64,000 bases of DNA from Candidatus Obscuribacteraceae bacterium (GTDB lineage Bacteria > Cyanobacteriota > Vampirovibrionia > Obscuribacterales > Obscuribacteraceae), in assembly GCA_044229845.1 (NCBI GenBank), contig JBGASG010000008.1:32001-96000 (forward strand). The letters run 5' to 3'. A model generated the notes under the pieces. It was given only the letters and a program-made list of their open reading frames with translations, did not search any database and was not told where the DNA came from. The translations under genes and the position numbers were made by a program. Shown piece by piece: positions 28,912-39,115 of the stretch (positions within the stretch are counted from its first letter, which is position 1; the number at the start of each line of letters is the position of its first letter).

Positions 28912-30492
28912 ATGAACATGGTTAGCGCCAACATCAATAAACAGTTCATTCGAGTGACGGCAATCATCGCTGCGACGACGGTGCTTATCGGTCCCGCGCT
29001 CGCCGAGCCGCAGACGCTGACCAATACTTCCCTGCCGGTCGGCACTCTCTCCGAGAAACAGACCCGCCGACTGCTTTCCGCAGCCAATTTGAAAGCTAAG
29101 ATGCAATCGGCTATGCGCCTGGGCAAGAAACCCGCGCCGGCGGCTAAGCCGCAAGTGGCCATGACCGGCGGTGCCGCACCAGCGACGGTGGCAGAAACTC
29201 TGCGTCCGCCGATTTCCGTCACTTCACCGGCCACCGGCGAAACCACCTCGCCCGGCTGGCAAGACGATCCCGATGCGTTGCAGCAGCAGTCGGCAAATGG
29301 CGATGCGCGTTCTTTGACTCCGGCGGCAACCCCGCCCGCGACCCCTACTACCGCGCCCGCCGAGACAACTGCGCCGGAAACCCCCGCGGCACCGACAGCA
29401 GCTGCGCCTGAAGCCGGGGCCCCCGCCAGCACCACGGCGATCACCGCCACCGAGATTACTGCCGCTACCGCCACCACCAAAGTCGGCGAATTCAACGTGC
29501 CGACCCTGAGCGGCACCGAACTAATCAAGTCGGCTGACTCCGTGGCCATGAACCCGGCCATGGGCGACGCCATGATCACCTCCAGCCCGGCGCTGCAGGG
29601 CGAAGTTTCGCAAGGCGTGATCGTCATCGACAACGATGAAGAAAAGGAGCAGACGGTCACCATCGCCTACGAAGAGATGCAGACGACTGAAGGCAACACC
29701 GCCGTCAAAGCCGGCGCGCGCTTTCCGGTCGTGATGATGTCCGAGATCAACAGCAAAACCGCCAAGAAAGGCGAACCTATTGAAGCGCGCTTGAAGTACG
29801 ACCTGAAAATCGGGCCGCGTCACATCGCCAATAAAGGATCGCGCGTTCGCGGTCACCTGGACTACGTATTGAAAGCGCGCACCGTGATCGGCTCCATGGT
29901 CACCACCCAGCGCTTCTACCGCAACTCAGGCGTGCTCGGCATCGCCTTCGACGAACTGATTAACGAAAGCGGCGAACACTTTGCTCTGCAAGCCAAGCCG
30001 GCCATGATGGATCGCATCGTCAAAAACAAATACGAAGGACGCGAACTGGGCGTCAACCACAATGGTCAGGTTGCCGGTCCGTTCTCGCAGCAATTGCGCT
30101 ACAAGGCCATTCGCGTCGGCATGAACTTCGCCATGGCTCCTCTCGGTCCGCTCACCTTCGGCGCCATGCCTGTGGCACTGGGCGTCATGGGCGCCGCCAA
30201 CCCGTCGTTCGCCTTCATGAAGCCGGTCGGACTGAACGTCCGCCACCGCCGCATCAAAGGCTTTGCCTGGGGTTTCTTGAGCGGCATTCCCGGAAGTTGG
30301 CTGATCGAAGACACCACAGTGCGCGGACAGGAAGCGATTATCAAACCGGGTGATGAGTTCCTCGCCGTCTTCAAGGAAGAGTTCAAAGGCGAAGCCGTGA
30401 CAGATGCCAGCATGCTTCCGGGCGGCGGCACCAAGGTCAAAGGCGAAGTGCTGAGCGGCGTCAAAGCACCCACCAAGAAGAAAACGAAGTAA
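28912..30492 (+). CDS. Exported hypothetical protein (Ala/Pro/Thr-rich linker plus beta-rich domain)
   Basis: 526-aa ORF with signal peptide and strong codon bias. Confidence 0.8.
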   Translation: MNMVSANINKQFIRVTAIIAATTVLIGPALAEPQTLTNTSLPVGTLSEKQTRRLLSAANLKAKMQSAMRLGKKPAPAAKPQVAMTGGAAPATVAETLRPPISVTSPATGETTSPGWQDDPDALQQQSANGDARSLTPAATPPATPTTAPAETTAPETPAAPTAAAPEAGAPASTTAITATEITAATATTKVGEFNVPTLSGTELIKSADSVAMNPAMGDAMITSSPALQGEVSQGVIVIDNDEEKEQTVTIAYEEMQTTEGNTAVKAGARFPVVMMSEINSKTAKKGEPIEARLKYDLKIGPRHIANKGSRVRGHLDYVLKARTVIGSMVTTQRFYRNSGVLGIAFDELINESGEHFALQAKPAMMDRIVKNKYEGRELGVNHNGQVAGPFSQQLRYKAIRVGMNFAMAPLGPLTFGAMPVALGVMGAANPSFAFMKPVGLNVRHRRIKGFAWGFLSGIPGSWLIEDTTVRGQEAIIKPGDEFLAVFKEEFKGEAVTDASMLPGGGTKVKGEVLSGVKAPTKKKTK

Positions 30493-30633
30493 CTTCATTG
30501 ACCGCACCGCAGCCGGTGTATTCGGTGAAACACGCGCCTCCAAGCTGTACGAGCGCCATGGCTGGAGGCTCCTCAAAGACGGCTTCAAAGCCGGCTCCGG
30601 ACATCTCTACCGCATCATGGGCAAGCGCCTTAC

Positions 30634-31980
30634 TTAGAAGGCGCCGGTGTAGGGAGGCATGCTGCCGCCGACCGATACGTTGACCGGTGCATCGAGCTGC
30701 AATTGCATCGCCAGTCCGGATGGAATGTTGACCTGCTTGCCGCGACGGAGAAACACGCTCTGCGCGACGCCTACACCACCGCCGATGGCGGCACCACTCC
30801 AGGCCCCGCGTCCGGCTCCCCGTCCGCTGCCTGCCGCGATGGCACCGATGGCAGTACCAAGTGCGGCGCCTGTGCCGGCTCCGATACCGCCACGAATGGC
30901 AGCCTGACCGGCTTTGGTCTTCCAGGTCTCACCGCGGAAGGTGTCACTCTGATCGCCGCCGGTTTCAGAATATTTCTCGATGCCACCAACAATGTGGGCG
31001 CTGATTGGCGTCTCTACTCCATCAGGAGTACGCAGCCTGTTGAACTTGATTTGAATCAGTCCGGCTCGTCCCATGAGACCGCCGCCTTTAGCTTCCGACA
31101 CCTGTCCGAGCACGGTGGCGCCGGCGGGAATCTGAGCATCGCCAAGCAAAACGTTCTGGCTGACGGTGGCTTGAATCAAGTCACCAGGTCGCGCCACATC
31201 AGTTGAAATAGAAGTGTTCAAATTGACTGGTATCACCAGTCCTGCCGGTGCGTACACGACGCGACCGCGCATGGGCGGACCGCCCATGGTCGGCTGCTGG
31301 TATGCAGGAGTCTGACGATTGAATGTATCTCCATAGGCGCCTTGCGGATAGCCTCCGCCCGGCTGACCATATCCACCGCCACCGCCGCCGTAGGCGCCAG
31401 GACCCGGTCCGCCATATCCTCCCGGCTGTCCGCCGCCGTTAAAACCACCGGCAGGTGGTCCGCCGTAGTTTTGCGCCGGCGGAGCGTAAGCTGTGTTAGC
31501 CGGTGGTGCGTATGGTGCCGCCGCCGGTGCGCTGGACTGGAACGAGCCGGTCAACTGCCCTATATAACTGTCTACCGAACCCGTGTCGGCAAGAGCGTTG
31601 CGAATGGCACTGGCCCATTTTTGCGCGAGCAATGCCGGTGTCGTATTGGCTGCCTTGGCGTTGTCTGCGTCTACCGTGGCAACTTGATAGCCGCCCAGGG
31701 TGATCACGGGCAGTCCTTTCACGTACACGATGTTGACGCTGGCCGGCGTGCGATCTTTTGTCGCCACCAGCGCATTGTCGAGATTTTTCTGGATGGTCTC
31801 CGCGCGCTGCTCGACGGTCATGCCGCCGGATGCGGAGCTGTTTACGAAGAGCGTTTGTCCGGCCAGTCTGACTGCGCCATCGGCTGCCTGCACCATATTT
31901 GGTATCACCAGGTAGCTCTGACTCATGGCCACAGCAATAACCAGGGCGGTGCGCTTCCAGTAACCAGTTGAAGAACTCAT
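30634..31980 (-). CDS. Exported hypothetical protein with Gly-rich linker and glycine zipper
   Basis: Signal peptide; GAGTGAALGTAIGAIA glycine zipper. Confidence 0.82.
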   Translation of the reverse strand: MSSSTGYWKRTALVIAVAMSQSYLVIPNMVQAADGAVRLAGQTLFVNSSASGGMTVEQRAETIQKNLDNALVATKDRTPASVNIVYVKGLPVITLGGYQVATVDADNAKAANTTPALLAQKWASAIRNALADTGSVDSYIGQLTGSFQSSAPAAAPYAPPANTAYAPPAQNYGGPPAGGFNGGGQPGGYGGPGPGAYGGGGGGYGQPGGGYPQGAYGDTFNRQTPAYQQPTMGGPPMRGRVVYAPAGLVIPVNLNTSISTDVARPGDLIQATVSQNVLLGDAQIPAGATVLGQVSEAKGGGLMGRAGLIQIKFNRLRTPDGVETPISAHIVGGIEKYSETGGDQSDTFRGETWKTKAGQAAIRGGIGAGTGAALGTAIGAIAAGSGRGAGRGAWSGAAIGGGVGVAQSVFLRRGKQVNIPSGLAMQLQLDAPVNVSVGGSMPPYTGAF

Positions 31981-32042
31981 AACAGCCTGCCTATCCCCCT
32001 TACGTGGAAGTCGCTATGCCGGTAGACTAACACAGTGTAGCA

Positions 32043-32879
32043 ATGTTCCCGTTCAGCTTGTCTGAGAGATTGATAAAAGGCGATAGTTTTCAAGCACGGC
32101 TAAACGACCATACGGCGGTCGTTACAGGCGCCAGTCGCGGCATTGGCAGGGCACTGGCCCTGGCATTCTCGAAAGCCGGCGCCCGTGTGGCTTTGCTGTC
32201 TCGGAATCAAGAAGCGCTCAATGCACTGTCCCAGGAGATCCGCGACCAGGGCGGCGCCCCATCTGTTGCAATACGTTGCGACGTGTCCAGTGAAGTCGAC
32301 GTCAAAAACGCCTTTGCTCGACTGGAGGAGACTTTCGGCGACCCGGACATCGTCATCAATAACGCCGGTATATACGTTACGTATCCAGTGAAAGACCATG
32401 ACACAGAGAGCTGGAACCAGGTTTTGCAGACTAATCTGACCGGGGCGATGCTCGTCTCCCGAGCCGCGCTTACCCCGATGATCGAGCGCGGTTGGGGACG
32501 CATCATCAACATATCGAGCATATCCGGAAGGACTGGCGAAGCATTCGGCAGCGCCTATTCAGCCAGCAAATTCGGCATGATCGGACTGACACAATCTCTG
32601 GCTCTGGAAGTGGCAAAGCACAGCATCACCGTCAATGCCATCTGCCCGGGTTGGGTGAAAACTGAAATGGCGATCAGCCAGCTGGAAGATCCAAAATGGT
32701 GTAATCTGAATTCCATAGAACCTTCGGAATCCCAAGCGATTGCCTGTATGTCAGTCCCGCAAGAACGCCTCATCGAGCCAGAAGAAGTGGCTGATCTGGC
32801 CTTGTTTCTGGCCACCGATGCCGCACGCGGTATCACCGGACAATCGATCAATATCTGCGGAGGCATGAGTCTGCATTGA
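32043..32879 (+). CDS. Short-chain dehydrogenase/reductase
   Basis: TGASRGIG, NNAG, YSASK, NAICPG. Confidence 0.93.
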   Translation: MFPFSLSERLIKGDSFQARLNDHTAVVTGASRGIGRALALAFSKAGARVALLSRNQEALNALSQEIRDQGGAPSVAIRCDVSSEVDVKNAFARLEETFGDPDIVINNAGIYVTYPVKDHDTESWNQVLQTNLTGAMLVSRAALTPMIERGWGRIINISSISGRTGEAFGSAYSASKFGMIGLTQSLALEVAKHSITVNAICPGWVKTEMAISQLEDPKWCNLNSIEPSESQAIACMSVPQERLIEPEEVADLALFLATDAARGITGQSINICGGMSLH

Positions 32880-33715
32880 CCACTACTCAGGGAACGCTGG
32901 CTGCTAAAGCTCTGGAGAAACACCCCTGGCCGATCGAAGAAATTGGCGGTCTGTCTTTGATCCGCTCACCGCAGCTGAACGCCACCCAAAAGTTGATTCA
33001 CGCCTTCACCACCCGCCACGGCGGCAATTCGCCGGCGCCTCTCGATTCATTCAATCTGGCCAGACACTGGAACACCGAAGAATCCCGCACCGATGCCATG
33101 CACAATCGCGGCATTCTGTGCAGCGCACTGGGGCTGGACGCCGAGGCGTTGACAGTGCCCGGACAAGTGCATTCGACGAACATATTTCATTTGGAAAGCG
33201 AAAAAGATCACGGCACTCGCCTGCCGGACTACGACGGAGTAATTTCTGCTCGCGTCGGCTGGCCGATTCTCCTGCACTTCGCCGATTGCGTGCCGGTCAT
33301 GCTTTTCGACACAGAAAAACGGGTTCTGGCTGTTTTGCACGCCGGCTGGCGCGGCACTGCCGGTGGTATCGCGAGCAAAGGTATGCAGTTTCTGAAAGAA
33401 ACTTTCCAGAGCGACCCCCGCCACGTGATCGGGGCTGTCGGACCGGCGATCGGCAGTTGCTGTTACGAAACCGGCGAAAACGTGCCCAGCGCCCTGGCGG
33501 GCACAGTCAGCAACATCGAGCCATTCATTACGCGCAAAAACGGCAAACCACATCCCGATCTCAAAGCAATCAATGCCATGCAGCTTCTGGAAGCCGGCGC
33601 CGGGCAGGTAGACGTCACCCAATGGTGCACCGCCTGCCATCCGGAAATTTTCTACTCGCACCGGCAATCGGGCGGCAAGACAGGCCGGCAGGGAGCGCTC
33701 GCCTGCATTCGGTAA
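32876..33715 (+). CDS. pgeF: Peptidoglycan editing factor PgeF (YfiH family)
   Basis: HAFTTR, QVHS, FADCVP, HAGWRG, GPAIG.CCYE, CTAC, FYSHR, GRQ. Confidence 0.92.
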   Translation: MTTTQGTLAAKALEKHPWPIEEIGGLSLIRSPQLNATQKLIHAFTTRHGGNSPAPLDSFNLARHWNTEESRTDAMHNRGILCSALGLDAEALTVPGQVHSTNIFHLESEKDHGTRLPDYDGVISARVGWPILLHFADCVPVMLFDTEKRVLAVLHAGWRGTAGGIASKGMQFLKETFQSDPRHVIGAVGPAIGSCCYETGENVPSALAGTVSNIEPFITRKNGKPHPDLKAINAMQLLEAGAGQVDVTQWCTACHPEIFYSHRQSGGKTGRQGALACIR

Positions 33716-33845
33716 CGCTATAAGATATTTCTGCCTACCAGCTAATTTCTTGAGCCAGATCTATCCTGTTTAATACAGAATATAGATAACCTCGACCAAT
33801 GCTGGTTTCTCTCTTAATGCCGCAGCCTGCGCGTTAACACAGGAC

Positions 33846-35729
33846 ATGACAAGTCGCATCAAGCCAAAGGGACGATCCATAGTCCGCGCCGTTCTGGCGC
33901 TGGGCTCGGTCGTGGTGTTTCTGTCGAACGCTTCAGCGGCTGCGCCCGCCACTTCCGGACAGCCGGCGCATCCCGTCCTCCAGAAGCAGCAAGCGCAAGC
34001 AGACTGGCAACCGCCGGCTGCGACAGCGCCGCCGCCCTCGCCCGAACCGAAGGGTCCATCCACAGCGCCCCATATGCGTAGTCCCGGCGGCGCCGGCAAG
34101 GCTGCCGCGTCGCCACAGACCAGCACGATGCCGCCGACGGCTCCCAGCCTCTCTCAAGACAAATATCCCGATGTGGGCGAACTGGAGAAGATGATGTTCG
34201 GACAGCCTTCGCCGGCAGTCGCCATCGAAACCCGCTTGGACAACCTGGAAAATGCCCTCTACAAGAAAACGTCGCCGGGATTGCCTGTGCCTGAGCGCAT
34301 CACCAATCTGGCACGCGATCTGACCGGCGCCGAGATTCCAGGGCTGGAGGGAGCCTCACAGCCACCCTATTCGCCGGTTCCGGGCTACAACGCAGACCCC
34401 CACGCCGGACTGCGCATGTCACGCCCGCCCGAGCAACCGCCTGCCAATGTCGGTGCCGCACCGCAACCGCCGCAAGAAGACGACAACACGCCTTTCTGGC
34501 AAGAGGCTCTCTCCCACGAACAACTCGATAAGTTTGCCCTCGAGTATCTCAATAAGCGGCGCAGCGAGCAGGGACTGAATGCGCTCAGCTGGGACCCGCT
34601 GGCAGAAAAAATCGGCAAAGAGCTGCTCAAGGACCTTTGCCAGAACAATACCGTGTCGCACAACAACTCCAAGAATGAAAACCCCGACATAAGATACACC
34701 AAATCTGGTGGCACCGACGCGATGCTGGAGAGTGTGGTCGCCGCTCGCACATCCGGAAGATTGAAACTGAACCGAGCGCTGGTACGCCAGCTCTTCGACA
34801 TTATGGAGCAGCGCCAGGACGACAAAATGTCGCTGTTTTCGCCCGATGCCACGCAGTTTGGTTTCGGCTTCGGGCAGACTCCCGAGAACGACCGGCTGAT
34901 CGGTGTCTGCGAAGTGATCACCAAACACGGTGAATTCGCGCCGATACCGGCTGAAGTGAGCGTCGGCGATAAGATCGAGGTAAAGGGCAAAATCGAAGGC
35001 GGCTACCATTTCGACAAAATCAGTTTAGCGTGGGAAGGCGGTTTGCCTGGCGGCGAGCCATTCGAAGAATCGGATGAAGCGTTGCCTTATTTCGCGCCGC
35101 TCGATTACGAAGCACACGGACAGAAAGCCGAACGAAACTGGGAAGGCCGCATCAAGTTCATGCAGATAGTTGCCATTGCCGGCATCGCCGCAGGCAGTTT
35201 CTTCATGCCGCCGGTGGCGCTGGCAGCGCCTTTAATCATGGCGGCGCCGGCAATGTCCGGTTCCAGCAAACCAAGAGCCGTATCCGACATTCCCGTCCAT
35301 GGCGGCGTCAAGGTGGACGGCTCCGGCTCGTTCGCGCATAAAGTAACCGTAAGCAAGGACGGAAAAGAAGGGATATACTACATAACGGTATGGGCAACGA
35401 CGGGAGAAGGCGCAACACCGGTTCCGCTCAGTCGCCGAGCTGTCATCGCCCGTGGTATCACGCAATCCGGCACCGATAATGACGGCGACGACAACGCTCA
35501 GCCCGAAATAAAGCTGGAGAAGACCAAGGACAAAGAGAAGGACAAAGACAAAGATCGCGACGAGAAAGAAGAGAAAGGTAAGAAGGATAAAGATAAAGAC
35601 AAGCGCGACAAGGACGAAAAACAGGCTTACGACGAAGCTCCGGCACCGCCCAGTTTGAACTCCGACGATAAGCCAGTCCCCACGGATGTGAACAAAGATC
35701 TTGATCAAGGCAGCACTGCACCAAACTAG
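33846..35729 (+). CDS. Exported CAP/SCP-like domain protein with K/D-rich tail
   Basis: LEYLNKRRSEQGLNAL.WD...SH....P..RY pattern; signal peptide. Confidence 0.72.
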   Translation: MTSRIKPKGRSIVRAVLALGSVVVFLSNASAAAPATSGQPAHPVLQKQQAQADWQPPAATAPPPSPEPKGPSTAPHMRSPGGAGKAAASPQTSTMPPTAPSLSQDKYPDVGELEKMMFGQPSPAVAIETRLDNLENALYKKTSPGLPVPERITNLARDLTGAEIPGLEGASQPPYSPVPGYNADPHAGLRMSRPPEQPPANVGAAPQPPQEDDNTPFWQEALSHEQLDKFALEYLNKRRSEQGLNALSWDPLAEKIGKELLKDLCQNNTVSHNNSKNENPDIRYTKSGGTDAMLESVVAARTSGRLKLNRALVRQLFDIMEQRQDDKMSLFSPDATQFGFGFGQTPENDRLIGVCEVITKHGEFAPIPAEVSVGDKIEVKGKIEGGYHFDKISLAWEGGLPGGEPFEESDEALPYFAPLDYEAHGQKAERNWEGRIKFMQIVAIAGIAAGSFFMPPVALAAPLIMAAPAMSGSSKPRAVSDIPVHGGVKVDGSGSFAHKVTVSKDGKEGIYYITVWATTGEGATPVPLSRRAVIARGITQSGTDNDGDDNAQPEIKLEKTKDKEKDKDKDRDEKEEKGKKDKDKDKRDKDEKQAYDEAPAPPSLNSDDKPVPTDVNKDLDQGSTAPN

Positions 35730-36975
35730 CCACCACGCCGGGATCGCCCTTCTGGCTGCTGTAGCGATAACGATGTCTGCTGCGCCAGTCGTTTCGGCAA
35801 AGTGCGTGGGCTGCCAGAAGAAGGCGCAAGCCGCACTGGAGGCAGCCACTAAGGGCAAGCAACTCCCTGAACACGAGCTGATGGACTTCGTGAATAAGAA
35901 GGTTGCTCCAGCAACTACAGCGCCAGCCCCGGCACCACCTTTTAAACCAACCAACTCCACGGGCACCCACGACAGTTTCTCGGCGACGCCCAGTCCCGCC
36001 CCCAGTGCGCTACAGGGCGGCACAGATTCAACCATGTTGCAGACAGGCACGCAGTCGACGCTATTGCAGTCGGGCACGCAATCAACGACGTTGCAAACCG
36101 GCACCCAGTCGACGATGCTGCAGACCGGAACCCAGAGCACCACACTGCAGGGCGGCGCGTACGGCACCATTTTGCAAGGAGGCGCAACCCGACAGGGAGG
36201 ACCTGTCAGCATTCTGGTGCTTGTCGATGCTTCTCGCAGCATGAGCGAGAAAATCAACGGCTCGCTGGTCGGCGGCATGCTCGGTCTGGGCGCCCAGGCG
36301 AAGGATCAGCAAAAAATGGACGCCGCGAAAGTGGTGCTCGAGAACACGCTGGCTCGCATTCCTCTCGATGTCAGCCTCGGCTTGCGCGTGTTCGGTCAAA
36401 CTTTCAACAATGACGGCAATGACTGCCTCCAGACGGCTCTGCTGGTGCCTATCGGCAAAAACAACCGCCGCATTATTCGCGATGCTGTGGGCACACTGAA
36501 GCCTTTTGGACTGACACCACTCACCTACGCTCTATACCAGGCCGAGAAGGATCTGGAACCGATCGAAGGCAACAAGACGATCATTCTGATTTCGGATGGC
36601 GTCGATACTTGCGGACAGGATCCGTGCGAATTGATTCGACGCCTGGAGGCCCGGGGCATCCATATCAAGATCGATATCGTTGGATTGGGGCTCGGGCACG
36701 GAATGCAGGGCATGGATGCGAAACGGCAACTCAATTGCATAAGCGAAGCATCGGGCGGCAAGTTCTATGATGCCAACACCGCGGGTGAACTTTTGGACAG
36801 CATCACGACCAGCGTCAAGCAAGCCATCCAGGGCAAAGTGATCACCCGGATGAAACCGACGACACCGCCTCAAGATGAACAACAGCAATCAGCACCGGCA
36901 GATCAAAACAACGATCAGCAGGGCGGCGAAGTGCCAATGGTCATGCCGGTTCCGGCGCAACCCGATCAGCAGTAG
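35701..36975 (+). CDS. VWA-domain protein with 9-aa repeats (start uncertain)
   Basis: MIDAS DASRS, TPL, ILISDG.DTC..DPC. Confidence 0.88.
   Translation: MIKAALHQTSHHAGIALLAAVAITMSAAPVVSAKCVGCQKKAQAALEAATKGKQLPEHELMDFVNKKVAPATTAPAPAPPFKPTNSTGTHDSFSATPSPAPSALQGGTDSTMLQTGTQSTLLQSGTQSTTLQTGTQSTMLQTGTQSTTLQGGAYGTILQGGATRQGGPVSILVLVDASRSMSEKINGSLVGGMLGLGAQAKDQQKMDAAKVVLENTLARIPLDVSLGLRVFGQTFNNDGNDCLQTALLVPIGKNNRRIIRDAVGTLKPFGLTPLTYALYQAEKDLEPIEGNKTIILISDGVDTCGQDPCELIRRLEARGIHIKIDIVGLGLGHGMQGMDAKRQLNCISEASGGKFYDANTAGELLDSITTSVKQAIQGKVITRMKPTTPPQDEQQQSAPADQNNDQQGGEVPMVMPVPAQPDQQ
36010..36183 (+). repeat. Coding 27-bp (LQTGTQSTx) tandem repeat, about 6 copies
   Basis: Visible in the protein translation. 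Confidence 0.85.
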
Positions 36976-36998
36976 ACGGAGCGGTCAGCCTCAGGTAG

Positions 36999-37328
36999 TC
37001 AGGCTTTGACCGGGCGTTTCCACTCGTGGTTCTTAGTTTCGTCCAGAGGTCCCTGGCGGTTGAAATAACTCTCCAGCATGCCCTGCATGCCGCGCTTGCG
37101 CAGGTCCATATGGAACGGGCTCTTATACCACTCACCTAAAGCTTCTTCGGTCTCCCAGATGCTGGCGACCATAAAGCGCAGTGAGTCAGCCGGGTCCTGC
37201 CAGGCTTCAATGTACTTGCATTTGGGATCGTCGCGGTTAACGCGAATCGATTCCTCGGTCAGTTTCAAAAATTCGTCTGTGTATTCAGGTCCGCCGAGGC
37301 GGAGTCCCAGCATATTGAGGATTGCCAT
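36999..37328 (-). CDS. Antibiotic biosynthesis monooxygenase (ABM)-family protein
   Basis: 109 aa; SIWETEEAL.EWYKSPFH motif. Confidence 0.75.
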   Translation of the reverse strand: MAILNMLGLRLGGPEYTDEFLKLTEESIRVNRDDPKCKYIEAWQDPADSLRFMVASIWETEEALGEWYKSPFHMDLRKRGMQGMLESYFNRQGPLDETKNHEWKRPVKA

Positions 37329-37363
37329 GTTTCTCGCTCAAAAACGTATTTGGTTTGTACTAG

Positions 37364-38938
37364 TTAGAACGTCGGCGCCGATATGCGCGATGCAGTTTCT
37401 TTGGCGACATGATCGGAGTACGGAGTGTATGTCTTGGTCAGCATCATCGGATAGATACCCAACGCCAGAATGAAGACGCTGAGCCCATAGGCGACGATTT
37501 TTTCAGTGGGATTCATGTCACTGAGGTGACCAACCCATTTCGGTTGTTCCGGACCGTAGAAGAGTCGTTTCAATAGCCAGAGCATATAGCCGGCTGTGAG
37601 GATGACGCCTGTACAGGCGATGATCAAAGCTGTGTGCACCAGTTCCGGATCCGGTCCGATCGTCGCCATGGCACCGGTAAAGGCACCATAAAAACAAGTG
37701 ACTTCAGCCACAAATCCGGCCAGCCCCGGCAATCCGAGATTAGCCATGGCTGCCAGCATCCAGAAATAGAACACATACGGCATCTGCTTGGCCAGGCCGC
37801 CACCAATTTCAGGAATACTGCGGGTATGGGTGCGGTCGTATATCGTTCCGACCAGAAAGAACAGCGCTGCCGATATCACACCGTGCGCAATCATCTGGAA
37901 GATGGCACCGCTGAGCGCCGCCGCCGAGACGGCTCCCACGCCGATCAATATGAAGCCCATGTGGCTGACCGACGAGTACGCAATCACGCGTTTCATATCT
38001 GTCTGCACCAGGCAGGCAATCGCAGCCCAGACCACATTGAAGCAGCCCAACGCAATGATCCAGGAGCCGTATGTCGCCACCACATCCGGGAAGAAACCCA
38101 TGCAGATGCGCACCAGACCGTAAGATCCCATCTTGAGAAGCAGTCCGGCCAGAATCATTGATATCGGCGTCGGCGCTTCCACGTGTGCATCGGGCAACCA
38201 TGTGTGGAAAGGGAACGAGGGCAGTTTGATAATAAACGCCAGGAAGAAACCCATAAAAGCCAGCGACTGAATGCCGCGTGCCAATGTCGGTGTTTGTTGC
38301 GCCAGCTCGACCATATTGAAGGTAGGAACGGCGCCGCTGGATGAGAGCTGGAAATAAGTAAATAGAATGCCAGCCAGCATCAAGATGCCGCCGGTGAATG
38401 TGTAGAGCAAAAACTTCATCGCAGCGTAGTCGCGCCGCGGACCGCCCCAGATGGCGATCAAGAAGTACATGGGCACCAGTTCCAGTTCGAACATGACGAA
38501 GAACTGCACCAGATCCTGCGACATGAAGACGCCGAGGATGGAAGTCGTCAGCAGCATGACCATGCTGTAGTAAAAGCGCGGACGCATCTTATCAACGCTC
38601 TGACTGGCCAGTACCGCAGCCAGTGTGACGATTGTCGTTAAAAGAATCAGCGACAGGCTCATGCCATCGATGCCGACGTGATAGTCGACAGTCACCGACT
38701 TGTTGTTGCCCGGCAGCATCATAGTGATCCAGGGCAACTTAGTTTCGAATTGCAACGCGATCGAGTTGTAGTCGAAGCGGGCAGCCAGCACCACACTCAG
38801 TACCAGCATCACAAATGAAAGACCAATCGCCGTGGGTCGCGCTGTGCGTTCGGGAAGGATCGGCAGTCCGATGATGATCGTCCCCAGAAGCGGCACGAGA
38901 AGCAAGATTGTCAACAGTAAGTCCACGGCAGCATGCAT
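37364..38938 (-). CDS. nuoM: NADH-quinone oxidoreductase subunit M / NdhD
   Basis: GIDGMS, FELELVPMYFLIAIWGG, KFLLYT, HTWLPDAHVEAP, IAYSSVSHMG. Confidence 0.93.
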   Translation of the reverse strand: MHAAVDLLLTILLLVPLLGTIIIGLPILPERTARPTAIGLSFVMLVLSVVLAARFDYNSIALQFETKLPWITMMLPGNNKSVTVDYHVGIDGMSLSLILLTTIVTLAAVLASQSVDKMRPRFYYSMVMLLTTSILGVFMSQDLVQFFVMFELELVPMYFLIAIWGGPRRDYAAMKFLLYTFTGGILMLAGILFTYFQLSSSGAVPTFNMVELAQQTPTLARGIQSLAFMGFFLAFIIKLPSFPFHTWLPDAHVEAPTPISMILAGLLLKMGSYGLVRICMGFFPDVVATYGSWIIALGCFNVVWAAIACLVQTDMKRVIAYSSVSHMGFILIGVGAVSAAALSGAIFQMIAHGVISAALFFLVGTIYDRTHTRSIPEIGGGLAKQMPYVFYFWMLAAMANLGLPGLAGFVAEVTCFYGAFTGAMATIGPDPELVHTALIIACTGVILTAGYMLWLLKRLFYGPEQPKWVGHLSDMNPTEKIVAYGLSVFILALGIYPMMLTKTYTPYSDHVAKETASRISAPTF

Positions 38939-39115
38939 CCTGAAACTAGTTGTGTGCGCAGCAAGTATATCGACATAGAGAGTCGGATGTCGCGCGGCGA
39001 GCGCCGTTGAAGATTTGTTGAAACACAAAATAATTTCAGAAATGAAAGAAGGAACCAATGGCGTACACTGTGTGGCGCACAGACTTAGATCAAAAGCGAC
39101 TGCGGAGACAAAGCC

